51,784 bases of DNA, taken from an uncultured Gammaproteobacteria bacterium. GTDB taxonomy: Bacteria > Patescibacteriota > Patescibacteriia > UBA1558 > GWA2-36-10. The translations under genes were made by a program, and so were the position numbers. Below are positions 37,942-45,004 of this stretch, in pieces (position 1 is the stretch's first letter; each line of letters starts with the position of its first letter). The stretch covers positions 1-51,784 of the forward strand of contig CAYZIE010000001.1 in assembly GCA_964478385.1 (NCBI GenBank). The letters are read 5' to 3'. The notes below the pieces were generated by a model. The model made no database searches. It was not told where the DNA came from and saw only the letters and a program-made list of their open reading frames with translations.

Positions 37942-37970
37942 ATATTAGCATATATTAAATATTTTGTCAA
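37942..37970 (-). promoter_or_regulatory. Strong promoter P1 (TTGACA-17-TGcTAATAT)
   Basis: On the minus strand, TTGACA is at 37970-37965, the spacer is 17 nt, and the extended -10 TGC-TAATAT ends at 37942. Confidence 0.65.
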
Positions 37971-37986
37971 TAGGGGAGTATATACT

Positions 37987-38026
37987 AAAAGAAAAGCCCC
38001 TTACTATGTAAATGGTTAAGGGGCTT
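37987..38026 (-). terminator. Intrinsic terminator of the 155-aa gene
   Basis: AAGCCCCTTA (37994-38003) pairs with TAAGGGGCTT (38017-38026). A U-run follows on the minus strand. Confidence 0.7.
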
Positions 38027-38035
38027 GTGAGAAGG

Positions 38036-38503
38036 TTATAAAACCTCCATAAGTACTGGTTTGTCAAAGAAGGTTGCTTCAGCTTTTTGATAGCTACTTT
38101 CAATATTGACAGTAGATATAACTTTACCTGAGTCTCTTTCAATAACCTCAATGACATACCTTCCTGTAGCAATTATACAGTGTCTGCTTTTCTGTATTGA
38201 ATCAAGATGTTTTCCATTCTTAAAAATATTCAAATACAGATTCTTTCTATCTCCCCAAGTAATTTTTGCTCTTGCTTTTTGATCGCTGATGGGATCAAAC
38301 TGCATAATAAGTATTTGTCCGTTTTGAAGAATTGCTGTTGATGTAATGCTTTTTGGTAAAGGCTTTACAAAAACTGCTGTTGGATTATCCCGATGTAGCA
38401 TGTGATTTCCAATCAACATACTGAAAAGGGAAAATATTACAATTGCTATTAATGCAATTGTGGCTATTACGGACACAATTTTTCGTTTCTCTGACTTTCT
38501 CAT
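38036..38503 (-). CDS. Membrane-anchored 155-aa protein, unknown function
   Basis: Start set at the ATG at 38503 (MRKSEKRK...), which is preceded by AGGAGGAG; the ORF-track start is 38548. One TM segment (IVSVIATIALIAIVIFSLFSML) followed by about 110 aa. Confidence 0.65.
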   Translation of the reverse strand: MRKSEKRKIVSVIATIALIAIVIFSLFSMLIGNHMLHRDNPTAVFVKPLPKSITSTAILQNGQILIMQFDPISDQKARAKITWGDRKNLYLNIFKNGKHLDSIQKSRHCIIATGRYVIEVIERDSGKVISTVNIESSYQKAEATFFDKPVLMEVL

Positions 38504-38548
38504 TTCTCCTCCTCGTTTAAATGAGTTTAGTGTTAATGAACTATACAC

Positions 38549-38577
38549 ATAGTAGCATATTTTAGTTATTTTGTCAA
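38549..38577 (-). promoter_or_regulatory. Strong promoter P2 (TTGACA-17-TGcTACTAT)
   Basis: On the minus strand, TTGACA is at 38577-38572 and the -10 TACTAT at 38554-38549, preceded by TGC. 25 of 29 positions are identical to P1. Confidence 0.65.
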
Positions 38578-38582
38578 GAGTA

Positions 38583-38615
38583 AAGAAAAACCCTTGTAAT
38601 ACTTTACAAGGGTTT
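38583..38615 (-). terminator. Intrinsic terminator of the 89-aa gene
   Basis: AAACCCTTGTAA (38588-38599), loop tact, TTACAAGGGTTT (38604-38615). A U-run follows on the minus strand. Confidence 0.75.
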
Positions 38616-38623
38616 TATTTTCT

Positions 38624-38893
38624 TTATTTTTCAAGATTTAGATATACGTTTGAATCTTTAAATCCTCTAGAAATTGAGTATATTATATTTAATATACCTA
38701 AAAGGATTATCCATGGTTGTTCTTTTAAATACAACCAAGATCTTGTTATGCTATCTTGACCAATTTGGGGATTGTATGAGTTACCTGTATCAGCTATGAA
38801 TGCAAGAGCCATAATTGATGCAATCATGTATAATATACATAATATCCCCGTTAGCGATGTAGTTAGTTGAATTTCACTAATTAATCTCTTCAT
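38624..38893 (-). CDS. 89-aa two-TM membrane protein, unknown function
   Basis: AAGGAG lies 8 nt upstream of the ATG. Hydrophobic segments are LTGILCILYMIASIMALAFI and PWIILLGILNIIYSI. Confidence 0.6.
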   Translation of the reverse strand: MKRLISEIQLTTSLTGILCILYMIASIMALAFIADTGNSYNPQIGQDSITRSWLYLKEQPWIILLGILNIIYSISRGFKDSNVYLNLEK

Positions 38894-38932
38894 TATTGTT
38901 TCTCCTTATGTTATTAATGAACAATACTATAT

Positions 38933-38961
38933 ATTATATCATATATTGTGTATCTTGTCAA
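38933..38961 (-). promoter_or_regulatory. Strong promoter P3 (TTGACA-17-TGaTATAAT)
   Basis: On the minus strand, TTGACA is at 38961-38956 and TATAAT at 38938-38933, preceded by TGA. Confidence 0.65.
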
Positions 38962-38980
38962 TGATAGTTAATATATTATG

Positions 38981-39009
38981 TTGACATTATATTTATTATT
39001 TGTTAGTAT
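38981..39009 (+). promoter_or_regulatory. rplU promoter (TTGACA-17-TAGTAT)
   Basis: TTGACA at 38981-38986 and TAGTAT at 39004-39009. Confidence 0.55.
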
Positions 39010-39037
39010 AGAAGCTGTTATTATTTTTAAAAAATTT

Positions 39038-39355
39038 ATGTTTGCTGTAATTAAGACAGGAGGAAAACAATATCAAGTAGCTAAAGGTGATACTTTAGTT
39101 GTAGAAAAATTACCTGAAGCTAAGGGTGGTAGGATTGTATTTGATAAAGTATTGTTATTGGCTGATGATAAAGATAATATTACTATTGGTAAACCATATC
39201 TTTCTAATGTTAAGGTTGAAGCTAATTTAGTTAAAAACTTTAAAGAAAAAAAGATAGATGTATTAAAGTATAAGAATAAGACAAGGTATAGAAAGAAATA
39301 TGGTCATCGTCAACAAAAGACTGAAGTAAAGATAGATAAAATTATTTCTAAATAA
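39038..39355 (+). CDS. rplU: 50S ribosomal protein L21
   Basis: MFAVIKTGGKQYQV is the canonical L21 N terminus, so I prefer the ATG at 39038 over the ORF-track start at 38978. Confidence 0.92.
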   Translation: MFAVIKTGGKQYQVAKGDTLVVEKLPEAKGGRIVFDKVLLLADDKDNITIGKPYLSNVKVEANLVKNFKEKKIDVLKYKNKTRYRKKYGHRQQKTEVKIDKIISK

Positions 39356-39357
39356 AA

Positions 39358-39390
39358 TAAAAAACAGGGTAGTAAATACTCTGTTTTTTT
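39358..39390. terminator. Bidirectional terminator between rplU and recR
   Basis: AACAGGGTA (39363-39371) pairs with TACTCTGTT (39377-39385). A-run before, T-run after. Confidence 0.7.
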
Positions 39391-39985
39391 ATATCTTTTT
39401 TCTATTTTCTAATGCCGAGGATAATGTTACTTGATCTGTATATTCTATATCAGCGCCCATTGGTATACCTCTGGCTAAACGAGTTATATCAATATTAAAA
39501 TCTTTTAATAATTTTTTAAGATAAATAGTAGTAGCTTCTCCTTCCATACTTTGATTTAAAACCAAAATAATTTCTTTAATATTATTCTTTTTTATTCTTT
39601 CAACCAATTCTTTTATTCTCAATTTATCAGGAGTAATACCTTCTAATGGACTTAATAATCCATTAAGTAAATGGTATTGTCCATTAAACTCATTTGTTTT
39701 TTCTATAGCTTCTACATCTTGATTATTAGCTACTACACATATTATTTCTTTATTCCTTTGTTTATTACTACAAATACTACATAACCCTTTATCTGTTAAA
39801 TTAAAACATTGAGGACAAAGATGTATATTATCATATCCATCTTTTAAAGCTTTGCTAAAACTAAGCATATCTTCTTTTTTATGAAGAAGATCAAAAACCA
39901 TTCTGGTAGCTGTTTTTGGTCCTATACCAGGTAGTTTATCAAACTCATCTATTAAGTTTTGTATAAATTGAGGTAAATGTTTCAT
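39389..39985 (-). CDS. recR: Recombination protein RecR
   Basis: LPGIGPKTA helix-hairpin-helix, C4 zinc finger CPQC...CSIC, and a Toprim region. Confidence 0.94.
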   Translation of the reverse strand: MKHLPQFIQNLIDEFDKLPGIGPKTATRMVFDLLHKKEDMLSFSKALKDGYDNIHLCPQCFNLTDKGLCSICSNKQRNKEIICVVANNQDVEAIEKTNEFNGQYHLLNGLLSPLEGITPDKLRIKELVERIKKNNIKEIILVLNQSMEGEATTIYLKKLLKDFNIDITRLARGIPMGADIEYTDQVTLSSALENRKKI

Positions 39986-40278
39986 TATTTCATTCCTGGA
40001 ATATCAAATCCTTTCATACCTTGCATTTTAGCTGCCATTTTTCTTTGCACTTTTTTAATAGCATCTTTCATACCATCTTTAATATAGTTTTCTAAGTCTT
40101 TCTTTTTTTGTGGGTTTAAATATTCTTCCTTAATATCTAAAGATTTTATTTCTTGATTACCATCCATTACTATTTTTACACCCTTATTATCTATTTCTAC
40201 ACTTTCTTCAGCTAAAGCACTTTTTAAAGTATTAGCTTGTTTTCTTAAATCATTAAATTGTTTTAATTTGTTTAACAT
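39985..40278 (-). CDS. ybaB: YbaB/EbfC nucleoid-associated protein
   Basis: 97 aa. Conserved position directly upstream of recR, with general family resemblance. Confidence 0.85.
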   Translation of the reverse strand: MLNKLKQFNDLRKQANTLKSALAEESVEIDNKGVKIVMDGNQEIKSLDIKEEYLNPQKKKDLENYIKDGMKDAIKKVQRKMAAKMQGMKGFDIPGMK

Positions 40279-40300
40279 TTTTATTATATTAATTATTTAA

Positions 40301-41731
40301 TTAAGGTTTTTGTTTCCAAGTTGTTTCTTTTTTATATTCTTGAGGTAGTGGCATAGCGGTTTTTTTTTCTGGTATTGGTTCCTCAGTATAATGTCCACTT
40401 TCTAAGTTTTTAAATGAAACTTTTCTTTCGTCAAAGAATAAATTAACCTTACCAGTGGGTCCATTACGATGTTTATCAATATGTATTTCAGCTATACCCA
40501 TTTCTTCTTCAGGACATTCTACACTCTTATCTTTTGCTTTACGATAGATAAACATAACTATATCCGCATCTTGTTCTATAGATCCTGATTCTCTTAAATC
40601 TGCTAATTTAGGTATAGATGGACTTCTACTTTCTACAGCACGAGATAATTGAGATAATGCTAGAACAGGAATATCTAATTCTCTAGCTATTTGTTTTAAT
40701 GATCTAGATATTGCAGATATTTCTTGAACTCTACTTTCTTGTCTTCCTCCGCCATCCATTAATTGTAAATAGTCAATTACCAAGAAACCAAGATTATGTT
40801 CCATTTTTAACCTTCTAGCTTTTGTTCGTATTTCCATTACATTAGCAGTAGGAGAATCATCTAAAAATATTGGAGCTTCTGATAGTACACCCATAGCATT
40901 TCCAAGTCTAGGAAAATCATCATATTCTTCTTTATCTGATAGTTGTCCTGTTCTCATTTTCCAAAGATCTACTTCTGCTTCTGCAGCTAATAATCTATCT
41001 ACTAATTGTTCTTTAGACATTTCTAAAGAAAATATACCAACTGGCGTTTTTGCTTTTATAGCTATATTCCTTATTAAATCTAAAGCTAGGGTTGTTTTAC
41101 CTAAAGAAGGTCTAGCAGCTAAGATTATTAAATCAGAATTCTGTAATCCAGAAAGTAATTTGTCTAAAGCAGTATATCCAGTAGGTATGCCCCTTGTACC
41201 TTTCCCACCAGATTTATGTAATTCATCGATACGTTGAAAAGTATCTCCTAATATATTTTTTATTGGAACAAAGTTTTTTTGTAAAGATTCTTGTGATATA
41301 GAAAAAAGTTTTTGTTCAGCTTGATCTAATAGTTTTTCTACATCTTCTGATTCTGAAAAACTTAGTTCACTTATATTAGCAGCAGCTTGTTCTAATTTTC
41401 TTAAAGTAGATTTTTTACGAATAATATTAGCATAATTAACAACATGAGAAGAACTTGGTACAGAAGCTGTTAATTCAGCCAAATATGCTTTACCACCAGC
41501 TATTTCTAATTGTTTTTTTTCTGTTAATATATTTCCTACAGATAATATATCTACTGGTTCATGTTTTTCAAATAAATCTAATATAGCTTGATATATTATA
41601 CCATGAGATTCTTTGTAAAAATCATTAGATTTTAATGTATCTGCTATTTTTATTATATTTTCTTTATCTAAAAGTAAAGCTCCTAAAAGACTTGCTTCTG
41701 CTTCTAAATTTTGGGGAGGCATTTTAGACAT
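40301..41731 (-). CDS. dnaB: Replicative DNA helicase DnaB
   Basis: PPQNLEAEASLLGALL start, Walker A ARPSLGKTT, IDYLQLM and SGSIEQDAD. Confidence 0.95.
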   Translation of the reverse strand: MSKMPPQNLEAEASLLGALLLDKENIIKIADTLKSNDFYKESHGIIYQAILDLFEKHEPVDILSVGNILTEKKQLEIAGGKAYLAELTASVPSSSHVVNYANIIRKKSTLRKLEQAAANISELSFSESEDVEKLLDQAEQKLFSISQESLQKNFVPIKNILGDTFQRIDELHKSGGKGTRGIPTGYTALDKLLSGLQNSDLIILAARPSLGKTTLALDLIRNIAIKAKTPVGIFSLEMSKEQLVDRLLAAEAEVDLWKMRTGQLSDKEEYDDFPRLGNAMGVLSEAPIFLDDSPTANVMEIRTKARRLKMEHNLGFLVIDYLQLMDGGGRQESRVQEISAISRSLKQIARELDIPVLALSQLSRAVESRSPSIPKLADLRESGSIEQDADIVMFIYRKAKDKSVECPEEEMGIAEIHIDKHRNGPTGKVNLFFDERKVSFKNLESGHYTEEPIPEKKTAMPLPQEYKKETTWKQKP

Positions 41732-41795
41732 ATTTTCTTTTATTATTTAGTAGAATTACCTTAACTTATTTTACATTTTTTTTCAAGTTATTGCA

Positions 41796-41828
41796 AAAGA
41801 AAAACCCACTTAAATAATTAAGTGGGTT
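41796..41828 (-). terminator. Intrinsic terminator of the nuclease gene
   Basis: AACCCACTTAA (41803-41813) pairs with TTAAGTGGGTT (41818-41828). A U-run follows on the minus strand. Confidence 0.7.
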
Positions 41829-41835
41829 TTAAGGT

Positions 41836-42930
41836 TTAGATATCAAGTACTAATTGTTCTACATTAGGCCTATGTTTAATTTCAGGAGTATAGTGTACTC
41901 TTGGTTGTATAGGTTTACTATGTGGAAAAGTAAGAATTTCTTGACCAGGATGTATATCTCTTTTATCCTCATCTCTTTTCTTTAACCATAGTTCTCTAGC
42001 GGGTGGATGAGAATTTAATTCCCATTTTCTGCAAGCCTTAATATATGGACAATATTTACAATGTTCTCCTCTTGGTAATACAGGAGAAATATCATGTTTC
42101 TCAATATCATCTTCACTAAAGTATTTGAAATGTCCAATAATATCTCTATTTACTTTAGTTTCATTAAACATAAATCGAAAATATTCACTAGCTTCAAGAA
42201 GATAATCAAGTAGCATATTAATTTCACGTTCAGTACGTAAAGGTGCTTCTTGTATAATCCCTTGCTTGTAATTATATATTTCCATTCTTTTCAAAGGTAA
42301 GTAATTACCTATTCTATGCTTAAGGTATTGGTCATATGCAATTTGATAAAAACTAAGCTGTAATCCAGATACAGAAAGGTATTCTGGATATTCATTACTT
42401 TTATAATCTAAAACTACAGCACCATTATCATGGATATCAATCCTGTCTATAATTCCAGAAAGAGTTAATCTACCAATTGGCACAGTAAATCTTCTTTCAT
42501 TAAAGCGAGGAGTATTATCAAATCTTAATTCATGATATTTCTTAAAAAAGATTCCCACAACATTTTTACCCATACCAATCATTTGTTTATCTTGTTCTGG
42601 GTGATGCCAATCAACTTCATCTTTACCCTTTGCCCAACTACTAAATTTATGCTCTCCTGCTACAGCAGACATCCAAAAATGTGCCCAAGCACCTTTTAGT
42701 TTTTCAGCTGTTTGATATGGATATCGTTTAGTAGACTTATGTGGGGTAAAGAATCTTTCAAAAATATAATGAATAGCTTGACCATATACAGCATATGGAC
42801 CTTGTTTTGCTGGAATTCCCAGTATATACCCAAAAAAGCAATGCAAAGGACAACCTAAAGCAGTGTTTAATTTTGAATATGACCACCTATTCCAAGCATT
42901 ATTACTTGGTCTTAGTCTTTTTCTTGTCAT
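41836..42930 (-). CDS. Cas4/AddB-like PD-(D/E)xK nuclease with four-Cys (Fe-S type) cluster
   Basis: 364 aa. N-terminal Cys (LGCPLHC), IIDRID...VVLDYKS (D...D/ExK), QLSFYQIAY (QxxxY), and C-terminal CKYCPYIKAC (CX2CX5C). AGGAGG lies 6 nt before the ATG. Confidence 0.75.
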   Translation of the reverse strand: MTRKRLRPSNNAWNRWSYSKLNTALGCPLHCFFGYILGIPAKQGPYAVYGQAIHYIFERFFTPHKSTKRYPYQTAEKLKGAWAHFWMSAVAGEHKFSSWAKGKDEVDWHHPEQDKQMIGMGKNVVGIFFKKYHELRFDNTPRFNERRFTVPIGRLTLSGIIDRIDIHDNGAVVLDYKSNEYPEYLSVSGLQLSFYQIAYDQYLKHRIGNYLPLKRMEIYNYKQGIIQEAPLRTEREINMLLDYLLEASEYFRFMFNETKVNRDIIGHFKYFSEDDIEKHDISPVLPRGEHCKYCPYIKACRKWELNSHPPARELWLKKRDEDKRDIHPGQEILTFPHSKPIQPRVHYTPEIKHRPNVEQLVLDI

Positions 42931-42971
42931 TTCTGACCTCCTTGTTTTTAAAGAACTTTTAGTGATTAGTT

Positions 42972-43000
42972 ACTATATTGTTTTTAATGAATATTGTCAA
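42972..43000 (-). promoter_or_regulatory. Promoter of the nuclease gene (TTGACA-17-TATAGT)
   Basis: On the minus strand, TTGACA is at 43000-42995 and TATAGT at 42977-42972. Confidence 0.6.
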
Positions 43001-43034
43001 TATAAAAAACAACCAGTAAAGGTTGTTAATTAAA

Positions 43035-43111
43035 TGGTACGCCCAGTAGGATTTGAACCTACGACCATCAGCTTAAAAGGCTGCTGCTCTACCAGGCTGA
43101 GCTATAGGCGC
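43035..43111 (-). tRNA. tRNA-Lys (anticodon TTT), CCA encoded
   Basis: The reverse complement folds as GCGCCTA-TA-GCTC-AGCCTGGTA-GAGC-A-GCAGC-CTTTTAA-GCTGA-TGGTC-GTAGG-TTCAAAT-CCTAC-TGGGCGT-A-CCA. 77 nt. Confidence 0.92.
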
Positions 43112-43126
43112 ATAAAATACTGAGAT

Positions 43127-43155
43127 ATTATATAGTAAATTGTATAAAATGTCAA
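43127..43155 (-). promoter_or_regulatory. Perfect consensus promoter for tRNA-Lys (TTGACA-17-TATAAT)
   Basis: On the minus strand, TTGACA is at 43155-43150 and TATAAT at 43132-43127. The tRNA 5' end lies about 15 nt after the -10 box. Confidence 0.7.
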
Positions 43156-44946
43156 CTACATTATATCTGGAGATTGTATTCCTAATAATTCTAATCCTTT
43201 ATTCAATATATTCTTTGTTTCTTTAGAAAGTTGTAAACGAATATTTTTTAAATTTTCAGTTTCTGCATTAAGTACAGAATGATTTTGATAGAAATTATTA
43301 TATACTTTAGCTAAGTTAAATAAATAATTAGTTAGTATAGATGGATTATATTCTAATCCTGATTTTTTTATTATTTCAGGGAAATCTAATAATATTTTCA
43401 TTAATTTTACTTCTTCTTTATTAATATTATTAAAAGTAAGTTTTTTAATATTCTTAATTTTTTTACCTTTTTTAAGGATATTAGATATTCTAGCATGAGT
43501 GTATTGTATAAATGGTCCTGTATATCCATCAAAAGAAATTGATTCTTTAGGATTATATACAGTATCTTTTTTAGGATTAGTTTTTAACATAAAGAATTTT
43601 AAAGCTCCTAATCCAACTATATCTATTATTTTTTCTTTATCACCTTCTATTTTCTTTTCCGCATTTTCTATTACTTCTTTTGTCTTATCTTTCATTTCTT
43701 GAATAATATCATCAGCATCTACTACTGTTCCTTCTCTAGATTTCATTTTTCCTTCTGGTAAATTAACCATACCATATGAAAGATGATGTAAATTATCTGA
43801 CCAATTAAATCCTAACTTTTTTAATATTAAGAACAGTGCTTTAAAATGATAATCTTGTTCATTACCTACTATATAAATTAATTTATTTAATTTTAATTTA
43901 TCAAATCTATTCTTAGCTGTTCCAAAATCTTGAGTCATATATACTGAAGTGCCATCTTTTCTTAAAACAAGTTTTTCATCTAAACCATCATTACTTAAAT
44001 CTATCCATACAGAATTATCTTCTTTTTTGAAGAAAACATTTTCTTTTAATCCTTTTTCTACTAAATCTTTACCTAAAAGATATGTTTCACTTTCATGATA
44101 TATTTTATCAAAAGATATTCCTAATTCATTATATGTTTTTTTATACCCTTCATATACCCAATCATTCATCATTTTCCAAAGTTTTCTAACTTCTTTATCA
44201 TTATTTTCCCAATCTTGAAGCATTTTTCTTGCTTTTTTCATTAAAGGACTTTGTTCTAAAAAATTATCTTCAAGTTCTTTTCTTTCAATATTATTTAATT
44301 CTTTAATATCTGTATTATTATTTTCTAAATATTCTTGCTTTTCTTTTTTTAAAAGATCATTAAATAGTACATAGTACTTACCTACAAAATGATCACCCTT
44401 AATATTTGTAGACTTAGGTGTTTTTTTATTACCAAGTTCTTGCCAAGCTAACATTGATTTTACAATATGAATACCCCTATCATTAATTAAATTAGCTTTT
44501 ACTATATTATATCCACAATATTCTAAAATATTGCTTAAACTTTGACCTAAACAATTATTTCTTACATGTCCTAAATGTTGTGGTTTATTAGTATTTGGAG
44601 AAGAAAATTCAATCATTACTTTTTCTTTTTTTCCAATATTACAAGAACCATACTTTTTCTCTTTCTCTATTTCTATTAATGATTCTTTAAGAAAAGTATT
44701 TGGATTTATATATATATTTAAGTATGGACCTACACTTTTCACTTTATCAACATATTCATTAGTAATATATTTTTCTGCTAATTCTTTAGATATTTCTGCA
44801 GGATTCTTTTTTAATTCTTTTCCTAAATCAAAACAAGAAAAAGCATAGTCTCCAAACTCTTCTTTAGGGGGTTTTTCTAAATTAATATCTTTTACTTTAA
44901 TATTAAGGATATTCTTAATATTTTCTATTATATTTTTATTTATCAT
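43156..44946 (-). CDS. argS: Arginyl-tRNA synthetase
   Basis: 596 aa. SSPNTNKPQHLGHVRN (HIGH-type) and the class I fold pattern. The C-terminal anticodon-binding region ends in ...GIQSPDIM. Confidence 0.93.
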   Translation of the reverse strand: MINKNIIENIKNILNIKVKDINLEKPPKEEFGDYAFSCFDLGKELKKNPAEISKELAEKYITNEYVDKVKSVGPYLNIYINPNTFLKESLIEIEKEKKYGSCNIGKKEKVMIEFSSPNTNKPQHLGHVRNNCLGQSLSNILEYCGYNIVKANLINDRGIHIVKSMLAWQELGNKKTPKSTNIKGDHFVGKYYVLFNDLLKKEKQEYLENNNTDIKELNNIERKELEDNFLEQSPLMKKARKMLQDWENNDKEVRKLWKMMNDWVYEGYKKTYNELGISFDKIYHESETYLLGKDLVEKGLKENVFFKKEDNSVWIDLSNDGLDEKLVLRKDGTSVYMTQDFGTAKNRFDKLKLNKLIYIVGNEQDYHFKALFLILKKLGFNWSDNLHHLSYGMVNLPEGKMKSREGTVVDADDIIQEMKDKTKEVIENAEKKIEGDKEKIIDIVGLGALKFFMLKTNPKKDTVYNPKESISFDGYTGPFIQYTHARISNILKKGKKIKNIKKLTFNNINKEEVKLMKILLDFPEIIKKSGLEYNPSILTNYLFNLAKVYNNFYQNHSVLNAETENLKNIRLQLSKETKNILNKGLELLGIQSPDIM

Positions 44947-45004
44947 AACTATATATTACTTTAATTAACTTATATTTTCAAGTTTTTTATGTTATAATAC
45001 CAAC

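Larger units (their letters stand above)
37512..38977. other. Compositionally mosaic islet of three independent minus-strand promoter-gene-terminator cassettes
   Basis: Each gene has TTGACA, an extended -10 box, an AGGAG(G) SD and its own hairpin terminator. G+C steps from about 29% (flanks) to about 52% (37551-37889) and the mid-30s (38036-38503). Confidence 0.7.

Noticed and set aside
37558-37958. Overlapping ORFs in other frames of the GC-rich segment (37558-37779 +, 37563-37958 +, 37697-37927 -).
   Set aside because: High G+C removes stop codons in all frames. Only the minus-strand 37551-37889 frame has an SD at correct spacing, a promoter, a terminator and a coding-like third-position G/C bias.
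43035-43111. At first the minus-strand tRNA looked like it might carry a TTA anticodon, which would make it an ochre suppressor.
   Set aside because: That reading used the wrong register. With the 5-bp anticodon stem GCAGC/GCTG(A), the 7-nt loop is CTTTTAA. The anticodon is therefore TTT, an ordinary tRNA-Lys.
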